Shown here: positions 1-12,100 of the stretch, piece after piece | Layout: every line of letters starts with the position of its first letter | Numbering within the stretch: the first letter of the stretch is position 1 | Assembly: GCA_950097015.1 (NCBI GenBank) | Contig: CATNEN010000025.1 | Location: 1,550,001 to 1,614,000 of the forward strand | DNA length: 64,000 bases | Origin: Macrostomum hystrix | Taxonomy: Eukaryota > Animalia > Platyhelminthes | Reading direction: 5' to 3' | Position numbers and translations under genes: made by a program | The notes under the pieces: model-generated | What the model was told of the DNA's origin: nothing | What the model saw: only the letters and a program-made list of their open reading frames with translations | Database searches by the model: none

Positions 1-185
1 AGTTTTTTTAACTGAGAAGCATTTTTGAAAAGTGGCAGAAGATGGAAATATACTGAAGAGTGAGGCCATGAAATGCTTATTTTTGGAGGAGTACGAGTCT
101 TACAGTTTTTTTCAGCGCCTGCTGTAGCACCAACAGCTCACAGAGATCTCACCCAACTCCCATCGTGTCAGAGCTCCACATCTAG

Positions 186-3100
186 CTAGTCTAGGCGCCG
201 TTTTTTTATGGTCGGCTTAGCTGCACTGTCACCTTCTTGTTTTTCATCAACAACCGTCGCCGCCTCAGTTTTGAGCTTCAAAGAGGGGCTTGCTTTTTTC
301 TTTTTCTTTTGCTGCTGTTGCTGTTTTACTTCTGTCGGAGACGTTGTGCCGGAGCGAATCCAGCGAGTCAGGCCCGTGTCTGGTAAATGCGGCCGCTTCC
401 TTGGCGAATTCTGAGACTGCTGCTGCTGCTGCTGCTTGGAACCTGATGGCTGGCATGTCGAAGATGGCTTTGGCAGCCATTTGTCTAGCGCGGTTGGCAC
501 TGGGGCCCTGGGTTAGTAATAAATAACAATTCAGGCCCAATTTATAAAATGGAAGATCGACTTAATTACTACAATATGACATTATTGATTGAATGAGAGA
601 TCCGATTGATAAAATGGTAATATTGATAATGTGAGTCTGGATTGACAGAATTGAGATTAGATAGGCTGTATGGAAGATTGGATAGATCAGGAGTCGGCAA
701 ACTTATTAGCGTACAGGCCACGGAGAGAACCTAAAAGACGACAGCGGGCCGCATTGACTGTAGGAATAGGACTGTAGGAATAGAAAGGGGAGAAATAAGA
801 CGCAGTAGAGATGAGACGAGACAGGAAGAGATGAGACAGGCGAGAGACGGAAGACAGGGGAGAGATTAAAAGGGGGTAGATCAGGAATGGAAGAGCTGAG
901 ACCGAGGAGAGATGAGACTCTCCATCTCCAGATGGAGATATAAAAGTACATGTGTTGTACTTTTATATGTGTTGTACTTTCATTATATAGAAACTAGTAT
1001 TTGACCGTTGCAGCTAAATATCCCATAGACAATTCGGTCTACCTGTTTGTTTGCGAGGACCGCGTTAAGAGTGTTTGCGGCTCTAGCTTTCGTGCTAACC
1101 TCGGGCTTTGCTATCTACACAAATACATTAGACCACAAGCTATCGCGGCAATACGCAACGATGGCAAGCGCAGTCAAATTCAGCGACATAATCAAGCAGT
1201 ACGACGGTGAAGAGGATTTTTCGCGCTGGGCACAGAAGCTCGAACTCGTTGCCAAGCTCCAAAAAGTGAATGACCTGGCTGCTTTCATCCCACTATTTCT
1301 ATCGGGAGGTGCGTTCGCCGTGTACCAGGCACTAAACGAGAAAAGCAAGTCGGACTACAAAACTCTGAAAGCGGCTCTAACCTCAGCGTTCTGCCCAAAC
1401 AAGTACAAAGCATACGACGAGTTCGTGTCACGCCGGCTCGGCCCCGGGGAGTCCGTGGACGTTTTTCTCGCGGATCTCACGAGGCTTGCACGCCTAGTGG
1501 ACGAGATCCCCGGGGAAGAATGGATCAAATGCGCATTCGTCCGCGGGCTTCCAGCAACCGTCAGTCAGCAGCTGATCGCTTCCTGCTCTCTAAAAGAGCT
1601 CGAACTCCATGAACTAGCGGAGAAAGCTAGAAACTTAACGATCAGTCGCGAGTCCTGCTGTGTTGTCTCGAGCGCAGGAAATGCGCGAAGCGCTGGAAAG
1701 TTCGCCCCACGCAACAAAGTGATGTCGTGCTACTCGTGCGGCAAGGAGGGCCATGTGAGCAAAGAGTGCATGGAACGCAACCGAGCGAATCAAGGTTGTT
1801 TTGTTTGTGGAAAAAGCGGGACATGTGGCTGCTCGATGCCCGCAGCGCGCCGATTTTCAAAAAAACGAGTGATGGAAGCGCGGAATGTTTGCGCCAACGG
1901 GCTTCCTTGTGCACCGGCGCACCTACCATCGTTAAGTGTTCATGTTAATAGTTTGGTCGTTACTGCTTTAGTAGATACTGGTTGTTCGCGGTCCATCGTT
2001 TCTTCACGAGTTACTGGAGTTAAAAAACGTCCCGTTCACGAGAGGGTCACGATGATGAATGGTGACTCAGCAGAATGTGAATGGGAGGCTGACGTTACTT
2101 TGTCTGTTCGAGGCCACCAATTACCAGTGCTGCGATGTATCGTTATGGACATCCTTCCTGGGTTCGATTTGCTGCTTGGGATGGATGCTATCAGCCGATT
2201 GGGCGGTGTCTCTGTGAAGCGAGATTGCCGCAGTGTCCGCTTCGGTATTGAAGAGCAGTCATTAGCGCTGGAGACTGCTGCGGTAGCCAAGGCTTTCTCA
2301 AAACCAAAGGCGGAGTCACCTGTGAGCTGTCCGGCAGGAGAGGTCGAGTCACCTGTGAGCTGTCCGGCAGGAGAGGTCGAGTCACCTGTGAGCTGTCCGG
2401 CAGGAGAGGTCGAGTCACCTGTGAGCTGTCCGGCAGGAGAGGTCGAGTCACCTGTGAGCTGTCCGGCAGAAGAGGTCGAGTCACCTGTGAGCTGTCCGAC
2501 AGGAGAGGTCGAGTCACCTGTGAGCTGTCCGGCAGGAGAGGTCGAGTCACCTGTGAGCTGTCCGGCAGGAGAGGTCGAGTCACCTGTGAGCTGTCCGGCA
2601 AGAGGAGCGAGGCTTGCGAAAAATACTTTAACCGAGGCGTGCCTGGTGCTTGAGGAAAAAGACTTCTCTGCTAAGTTTATCGATGGAGAGTGGACAGTGG
2701 CATGGAAGTGGCTGGATGAGGCCCCACTACTGTCAAATACGATAGCTCAATACCGAGTCCCACCAGAGGCGGTAGGCGAGTATGAGTCAGAGATAAAAGA
2801 CTGGATTCAGCGAGGTTGGCTGCTACCGTTCGAAGGTGACAGTGACGGCGTCATCCCTCTGATGGCAGTGGTGCAGACCAACAAAGCAAAGGTGCGGCCT
2901 GTACTCGACTATCGCGAGTTGAACCAGTACGTGTCAAGCCACACCGCCGAAAGCGTCGTGTGCGGCGCCAAGCTCCGGGCCTGGCGGCGGCTCGGTGAGA
3001 ATGCGAGTATCATCGACCTGCGGAAGGCCTACCTACAACTGCGATTGGACCCCAGTCTCTGGCGCTACCAAGTAGTGAGGTTCAAAGGCCGCCGTTACTG

Positions 3101-6100
3101 TCTCACCCGGTTAGGATTCGGACTCAACGTGGCGCCAAAAATTATGACGGCGGTTGTGAACAAAGTCCTGTCGATGGAAGACGACGTGCGTGAGGCCACG
3201 GACTCTTACATTGACGACATTATTGTGAACAATAGCAAGATTCCGAATGAACGCGTAACTGGGTTGCTTGCCCGGTTCGGGCTAGAAGCCAAGCCTCCTG
3301 AGAGCCTCATTGGGGGCCGCGTGCTCGGCCTCCGCGTCTACCGTCGAGAGGATGGGGTCATTTGCTGGAAACGAGACAATGTCCTCTCTCAGTTGAAAGG
3401 TCCAGCAACACGACGGCAACTATTCTCCTGGTGCGGCCAGCTAGTAGGCCATTTCCCCGTCGCCGCATGGCTGCGTGTCGCATGCAGCTACTTGAAGCGG
3501 GTCACCAGCACAATCGCGTGGGACGCTATCGTCAGCGAGTCTGCCATGCGGATCGCCCAAGAAATCAGCGAAATGGTCCAGGAACGAGATCCTGTCGCTG
3601 GGGTGTGGACCGTTGACGAGACTTCGCGCTGTCGCGTCTGGTGCGACGCCAGCAGCATCGCCATTGGAGCCGTCATCGAAATTGGTGGCGTAATCGTGGA
3701 GGACGCCTCGTGGTTGCGAAAACAAGACGACGCTGCGCACATCAATCTTGCCGAACTTGAGGCGGTCCTCAAGGGTATCAACCTTGCCCTCGCTTGGGGT
3801 ACGAGGAAAGTTGAAGTGTTGACTGATTCTGCAACCGTGCACGGCTGGCTCCAGTCTTTGATTGTCGGCGATAAGCCCGTGCGAGTCAAAGGTCTCGGTG
3901 AAGCTCTGGTTCGGAAACGGCTATCATTAATCCGAGACACGGCGTCGGAGTGCGAGCTCGAGCTACTGACATCGCTGGTGCCATCTTCAGCAAACAAGGC
4001 AGACGCACTGACGCGAGTACCGCAACAGTGGCTGCGCCAGCGGCCCTTCTGTGCAGTGGCGCTGCGCCCCGTTGACATGGATCTCCGTGCGTGCCACGAG
4101 AAGCACCACTTCGGGGTGGACAGGACGCTCTACCTGGCCAAACTGTGCTTCCCTGAACGTGAGGTACTGCGTGAAGAGGTTGAGCGCATCGTTGCAAACT
4201 GCATCCGATGCAAGTCCGTAGACCCTGCGCCGATGGTTTGGGACCATGGCAGACTCGAGGTGGATGCAAACTGGTGGCGCTTGGCCTGCGACGTGACCCA
4301 CTTTAAGGACGACCGCTATCTGTCCATTGTTGACTGCGGGCCGAGCAGATTCTCGCTGTGGCGAAAACTCACCGACGAGCGGACAGCGTCAATTACCGGG
4401 ATACTCGTGCAGGTGTTCCGAGAGCGGGGCCCTCCCTGGCAGCTGCTTCTCGACAATTCACCGACCTTCCGCTCCGCTGAGGTCCGTGCGTTTTGTGAGG
4501 CTTGGGGAGTGCAGCTCCTCTTCCGTTGCGCTCACCGGCCGTCAGGCAACGGAATAGTCGAGCGCAATCATCGGACGATTAAGCGGATGGCAGCCAGAAC
4601 CGGAAAGGACGTACTGGAAATGGTGTTCTGGTACAACATGGCTCCAAAGGATGGCACTCGCAAGGACAGCGTGCCCAGCAGAATGGTCAGCACCTATGAC
4701 TGGAAGCCGCCAACTGTGTCTCTCCCTGAGGCCTTGGAGACCTTGGAGGCAAACCCCACCCTGCCAGTGGGAACAGAAGTGTTTGTTAAACCGCCGGCCG
4801 TCAGATGCACCGACGAGTGGCCTAGGGGACGCGTGACGGGCCAGGGACAAGGGTCTACGGTGGAGGTCGATGGCCTTCCCCGTCACGTAGCTGACGTCCG
4901 CCCGGCACCAGACACGCAACCGCAGCCTCCTGGGGTGGAGCGAGCTGTCGAGCGGGATGCCGAACCACGACGGTCTAATAGGGTGAAGTCGGCGCCGGTC
5001 CGTTACGAACCTTGATCTCTTGTGATCCGGAGATCAGGGGGTGATGTGTTGTACTTTTATATGTGTTGTACTTTCATTATATAGAAACTAGTATTTGACC
5101 GTTGCAGCTAAATATCCCATAGACAATTCGGTCTACCTGTTTGTTTGCGAGGACCGCGTTAAGAGTGTTTGCGGCTCTAGCTTTCGTGCTAACCTCGGGC
5201 TTTGCTATCTACACAAATACATTAGACCACACTGAGACCGAGGAGAGATGAGACTCTCCATCTCCAGATGAGAGAGGGATGAGAAAGGGAAAGATGAGAC
5301 ATAAGGTGTTGGAAGGGGCAAATGGCCGGAATTGGGAGCTTTGAGGGCCACATCTGGCCCACAGGCCAGATTTTGCCGACCCCAGGAATAGACTGAATGG
5401 GAAATTGGATTGAATGAATGGGAGATTGGATTGAATGAATGAGAGATGGGATTGAATGAATGGGAAATTTGATTGAATGAATGGGAGATTGGATTGAATG
5501 AATGGGAAATTTGATTGAATGAATGGGAGATTGGATTGAATGAATGAGAGATTGGATTGAATGAATGGGAGATTGGATTGAATGAATGGGAGATTGGATT
5601 GAATGAATGAGAGATTGGATTGAATGAATGGGAAATTTGATTGAATGAATGGGAGATTGGATTGAATGAATGAGAGATTGGATTGAATGAATGGGAAATT
5701 TGATTGAATAAATGGGAGATTGGATTGAATGAATGAGAGATTGGATTGAATGAATGGGAAATTTGATTGAATGAATGGGAGATTGGATTGAATGAATGAG
5801 AGATTGGATTGAATGAATGGGAAATTTGATTGAATGAATGGGAGATTGGATTGAATGAATGAGAGATTTGATTGAATGAATGGGAAATTTGATTGAATGA
5901 ATGGGAAATTTGATTGAATGAATGGAAGATTGGATTGAATAAATGGGAGATTGGATTGAATGAATGGGAGATTGGATTGAATGAATGGGAGATTGGATTG
6001 AATGAATGGGAGATTGGATTGAATAAATGGGAGATTGGATTCAATAAATGGGAGATTGGATTCAATAAATGGGAGATTGGATTGAATGAATGGGAGATTG

Positions 6101-9100
6101 GATTGAGTGAATGGGAGATTGGATTGAATGAATGGGAGATTGGATTGAATGAATGGGAGATTGGATTGAATAAATGGGAGATTGGATTCAATAAATGGGA
6201 GATTGGATTCAATAAATGGGAGATTGGATTGAATGAATGGGAGATTGGATTGAATGAATGGGAGATTGGATTGAATGAATGGGAGATTGGATTGAATGAA
6301 TGGGAGATTGGATTGAATAAATGGGAGATTGGATTCAATAAATGGGAGATTGGATTCAATAAATGGGAGATTGGATTGAATGAATGGGAGATTGGATTGA
6401 ATGAATGGGAGATTGTATTGAGTGAATGGGAAATTTGATTGAATGAATTGGAGATTGGATTGAATGAATAAAGATTATTTTGCGAGAAAAAGCAGTCTGA
6501 ACTAACCCGGTCTCCACTTTAACTGGCTGCAGACAAAGCTTGTCATTGTGTTGTGTGCTGTTGACGTGAGAGGACACAGCGTAGAAGCAGATGTCTGTGA
6601 CGGATTGCAGACATGCGATGGCCTGCGAATGCGTGCGAGAGTCTGTGTGCTAGCTTGAGATGCTAGCCTAAAGGGATCTGCAGGATGGCAGCCCAGTCCG
6701 AGGATCTGGGAGGATGGCAGCCCAGTCCGAGGATCTGGGAGGATGGCAGCCCAGTCCGAGGATCTGGGAGGTTGGCAGCCCAGTCCGAGGATCTAGGAGG
6801 ATGGCAGCCCAGTGCTGAGGATCTGGGAGGATGGCAGCCCAGTGCTGAGGATCTGGGAGGATGGCAGCCCAGTCCTGAGGATCTGGGAGGATGGCAGCCC
6901 AGTCCTGAGGATCTGGGAGGATGGCAGCCCAGTGCTGAGGATCTGGGAGGATGGCAGCCCAGTCCTGAGGATCTGGGAGGATGGCAGCCCAGTCCGAGGA
7001 TCTGGGAGGTTGGCAGCCCAGTCCGAGGATCTAGGAGGATGGCAGCCCAGTGCTGAGGATCTGGGAGGATGGCAGCCCAGTGCTGAGGATCTGGGAGGAT
7101 GGCAGCCCAGTCCTGAGGATCTGGGAGGATGGCAGCCCAGTCCTGAGGATCTGGGAGGATGGCAGCCCAGTCCGAGGATCTGGGAGGTTGGCAGCCCAGT
7201 CCGAGGATCTAGGAGGATGGCAGCCCAGTGCTGAGGATCTGGGAGGATGGCAGCCCAGTGCTGAGGATCTGGGAGGATGGCAGCCCAGTCCTGAGGATCT
7301 GGGAGGATGGCAGCCCAGTCCTGAGGATCTGGGAGGATGGCAGCCCAGTGCTGAGGATCTGGGAGGATGGCAGCCCAGTCCGAGGATCTGGGAGGTTGGC
7401 AGCCCAGTCCGAGGATCTAGGAGGATGGCAGCCCAGTCCTGAGGATCTGGGAGGATGGCAGCCCAGTGCTGAGGATCTGGGAGGATGGCAGCCCAGTCCT
7501 GAGGATCTGGGAGGATGGCAGCCCAGTCCTGAGGATCTGGGAGGATGGCAGCCCAGTGCTGAGGATCTGGGAGGATGGCAGCCCAGTCCTGAGGATCTGG
7601 GAGGATGGCAGCCCAGTGCTGAGGATCTGGGAGGATGGCAGCTCAGTGCTGAGGATCTGGGAGGATGGCAGCCCAGTGCTGAGGATCTGGGAGGATGGCA
7701 GCCCAGTGCTGAGGATCTGGGAGGATGGCAGCCCAGTGCTGAGGATCTGGGAGGATGGCAGCCCAGTGCTGAGGATCTGGGAGGATGGCAGCCCAGTGCT
7801 GAGGATCTGGGAGGATGGCAGCCCAGTGCTGAGGATCTGGGAGGATGGCAGCCCAGTCCTGAGGATCTGGGAGGATGGCAGCCCAGTGCTGAGGATCTGG
7901 GAGGATGGCAGCCCAGTGCTGAGGATCTGGGAGGATGGCAGCCCAGTGCTGAGGATCTGGGAGGATGGCAGCCCAGTGCTGAGGATCTGGGAGGATGGCA
8001 GCCCAGTGCTGAGGATCTGGGAGGATGGCAGCCCAGTGCTGAGGATCTGGGAGGATGGCAGCCCAGTCCTGAGGATCTGGGAGGATGGCAGCCCAGTCCT
8101 GAGGATCTGGGAGGATGGCAGCCCAGTCCGAGGATCTGGGAGGTTGGCAGCCCAGTCCGAGGATCTAGGAGGATGGCAGCCCAGTGCTGAGGATCTGGGA
8201 GGATGGCAGCCCAGTGCTGAGGATCTGGGAGGATGGCAGCCCAGTCCTGAGGATCTGGGAGGATGGCAGCCCAGTCCTGAGGATCTGGGAGGATGGCAGC
8301 CCAGTGCTGAGGATCTGGGAGGATGGCAGCCCAGTCCGAGGATCTGGGAGGTTGGCAGCCCAGTCCGAGGATCTAGGAGGATGGCAGCCCAGTGCTGAGG
8401 ATCTGGGAGGATGGCAGCCCAGTGCTGAGGATCTGGGAGGATGGCAGCCCAGTCCTGAGGATCTGGGAGGATGGCAGCCCAGTCCTGAGGATCTGGGAGG
8501 ATGGCAGCCCAGTGCTGAGGATCTGGGAGGATGGCAGCCCAGTCCTGAGGATCTGGGAGGATGGCAGCCCAGTGCTGAGGATCTGGGAGGATGGCAGCTC
8601 AGTGCTGAGGATCTGGGAGGATGGCAGCCCAGTGCTGAGGATCTGGGAGGATGGCAGCCCAGTGCTGAGGATCTGGGAGGATGGCAGCCCAGTGCTGAGG
8701 ATCTGGGAGGATGGCAGCCCAGTGCTGAGGATCTGGGAGGATGGCAGCCCAGTGCTGAGGATCTGGGAGGATGGCAGCCCAGTGCTGAGGATCTGGGAGG
8801 ATGGCAGCCCAGTGCTGAGGATCTGGGAGGATGGCAGCCCAGTGCTGAGGATCTGGGAGGATGGCAGCCCAGTGCTGAGGATCTGGGAGGATGGCAGCCC
8901 AGTGCTGAGGATCTGGGAGGATGGCAGCCCAGTGCTGAGGATCTGGGAGGATGGCAGCCCAGTCCTGAGGATCTGGGAGGATGGCAGCCCAGTGCTGAGG
9001 ATCTGGGAGGATGGCAGCCCAGTGCTGAGGATCTGGGAGGATGGCAGCCCAGTGCTGAGGATCTGGGAGGATGGCAGCCCAGTCCTGAGGATCTGGGAGG

Positions 9101-12100
9101 ATGGCAGCCCAGTGCTGAGGATCTGGGAGGATGGCAGCCCAGTCCTGAGGATCTGGGAGGATGGCAGCCCAGTCCTGAGGATCTGGGAGGATGGCAGCCC
9201 AGTGCTGAGGATCTGGGAGGATGGCAGCCCAGTCCTGAGGATCTGGGAGGATGGCAGCCCAGTCCTGAGGATCTGGGAGGATGGCAGCTCAGTCCAGCCT
9301 ACCTGTTTTGCATCGTCAGCCTGGAGCCAAGTGGAGATCTGATCGGCTGTCTGAAGTATGGCCTGCGTTTTAGGCAAAATCGCTTGTAGAAAAAGTGAAT
9401 TCATATTTTTGATGATAATAAAAACACACGTGGGCTTCTCCACCCACGAACTCACTGGCATGCGATCGTGTATCTCGCTGACGACGTCGCTGGCATGCAC
9501 CGTAATGACTGTGAAGCTGTACAGATCCGGCTTGCCTGGCTGTCAGTGTGACAGATCGGTTATTAAATAGTTTAAAGTAAAGGTTTCATTAAAATTATTA
9601 AATTCTAAAAAAACTTCTCAAAATGCAACATAAAGGACAAGAGTTACTATAAATATTTTACAACAGCACAACATCTCTCATTGCCATTGTGTTTCGCTTC
9701 TAAAATAGAAAACGAAACTATATGCATGACTCATGACACAAAACGTTTGTGAAACTTGTTTGTATTATACAAAAGTCTCAAGCAATGGTATATATCAAGC
9801 CTTGCAAGCCAAATCGAAACTTTTAGAGAAGCAGGATAGACAGAGGGGAGATGAGACAGAGAACAGATAGACAGAGGAGAGATGAGACAGAGAACAGATA
9901 GACAGAGAGGAGATGAGACAGAGAACAGATAGACAGAGGGGAGATGAGACAGAGAACAGATAGACAGAGGGGAGATGAGACATAGAACAGATAGACAGAG
10001 GAGAGATGAGACAGGAGAGAGATGAGAAAGGGGAGTGAGACATGGGAGAGATGAGACAGGGGAGAGATGATACATGGGAGAGATGAGAGAGGGGAGAGAT
10101 GAGGCAGGGGAGAGATGAGGCAGGGGAGAGATGAGGCAGGGGAGAGATGGTACATGGGAGAGATGAGAGAGGGGAGAGATAAGACAGGGAAGGATGAGAC
10201 AGGAGAGAGATGAGAAAGGGGAGTGAGACATGGGAGAGATGAGACAGGGGAGAGATGAGACAGGGGAGAGATAAGACAGGGGAGAGATGAGACAGGGGAG
10301 GGATGAGACACGGAGAGATGAGACAGGGGAGAGATGAGACAGGGGAGAGATGAGACATAGGAGAGATGAGGCAGGGGAGAGATGAGACAAGGGAGAAATG
10401 AAACAGGGGAGAGATGGGACAGGGGAGAGATGAGACAGGAGAGGGACGAGACCGGGGAGAGATGAGACAGGAGAGAGATGGGACAGGGGAGAGATGAGAC
10501 AGGAGAGATGAGACCTGGGAGGGATGAGATCGGGGAGAGATGAGACATGGGAGAGATGAGACAGTGGGGAGATGAGACAAGGGAGAGATGAAACAGGGGG
10601 GGGAGAGATGAGACAGGGAGAGATGACACAGGAGAGATGAGACAGGGAAGAGTTGAGACAGATAAGAGATGAGACAGGGGAGAGATGACACAGGAGAGAT
10701 GAGACAGGGGAGAGTTGAGACAGATAAGAGTTGAGACAGATAAGAGTTGAGACAGATAAGAGTTGAGACAGATAAGAGATGAGACAGATGAGAGATGAGT
10801 GAAGTTATGGAGATGGTAATGTAAGGTAAGGTAAGTTAAGGTAAGAGATGAGGAGCTATCGTGAAGTAGGCAGTGGGTATTTTAAAAGCTTAAATATTTT
10901 TTAACTGACAGTCATTTATTAATTGAGGGGCCGTAAAGATTTTCACTAACCAGCTCTTTGTGCACATCAAACAGAGCGGCGATGAACATCAGATTCGGCT
11001 GCTGCTGCTTATCATTGTGCTCCACCCAGCCTGGCGGATGAAAAAAATAGGCCTGCTTGGCCCCAGCAGAGCCCAGTTTGGGCCGCTTCCACTCGTAGAA
11101 GCCTTCGCACAGTAGGACGCAGCGTCGGCCCTTTAGCACCAGATTGCGGAAGCTGGCCTTCTCCATCAGGGTCTCAACTCTAGCGTTGGACATGTGCATT
11201 GAGAAGCCTGAGGCGTCACGGCCTACCCAGGAGGGCACCAGTCCCCACTTCATGGTGGAGATAAGGCGGCTGCCTGGCGAGCCGGTTGGGTCACAGTACA
11301 GCACTGGCCTAGTGGGACATTGCAGGTGGGAATTCAATGTTGATTTGAGTTAATATCACAGTACTTATGTGTCTCAATTTAGTACTTAAGCCAAAGGAAG
11401 CCACAAAAATACCGTTGAGACTTCTCAAAATCTCACATCACTAAGAGAGCTGGCTCAAAGTCTGACATCACTAAGAGAGCTGGCTCAAGGTCACACATCA
11501 TTAAGAGAGCTGGCTCAAAGTCTCACATCACTAAGAGAGCTGGCTCAAGGTCACACATCACTAAGAGAGCTGGCTCAAAGTCTCACATCATTAAGAGAGC
11601 TGGCTCAAAGTCTCACATCACTAAGAGAGCTGGCTCAAAGTCACACATCACTAAGAGAGCTGGCTCAAAGTCTCACATCACTAAGAGAGCTGGCTCAAGG
11701 TCACACATCACTAAGAGAGGTGGCTCAAAGTCTCACATCACTAAGAGAGCTGGCTCAAAGTCACACATCATTAAGAGAGCTGGCTCAAAGTCTCACATCA
11801 CTAAGAGAGCTGGCTCAAGGTCTCACATCACTAAGAGAGCTGGCTCAAAGTCTCACATCATTAAGAGAGCTGGCTCAAAGTCTCACATCACTAAGAGAGC
11901 TGGCTCAAAGTCTCACATCACTAACAGAGCTGGCTCAAAGTCTCACATCACTAAGAGAGCTGGCTCAAAGTCTCACATCACTAAGAGAGCTGGCTCAAAG
12001 TCTCACATCACTAAGAGAGCTGGCTCAAGGTCTCACATCACTAAGAGAGTTGGCTCAAAGTCTCACATCACTAAGAGAGCTGGCTCAAGGTCTCACATCA

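Larger units (their letters stand above)
951..5231 (+). mobile_element. Full-length LTR retrotransposon (Ty3/Gypsy domain order PR-RT-RH-INT)
   Basis: Two 187-bp direct repeats with TG...CA ends (951-1137, 5045-5231), identical by eye, flank a gag-pol ORF. A short purine tract (agggggtga) precedes the 3' LTR. Confidence 0.97.
688..5385. mobile_element. hAT-like MITE (~360 bp) interrupted by the LTR retrotransposon
   Basis: Left TIR caggagtcggcaaac (688-702), right TIR ttttgccgaccccag (5371-5385). Degenerate 8-bp TSD ggatagat/gaatagac. Internal sequence resembles the copy at 37552-37779. Confidence 0.75.

Noticed and set aside
1047-1160. N-terminal extension of the 1322-aa ORF (MFARTALRVF...)
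   Set aside because: It starts at a non-ATG codon inside the LTR. The first ATG, at 1161, is the plausible gag start.
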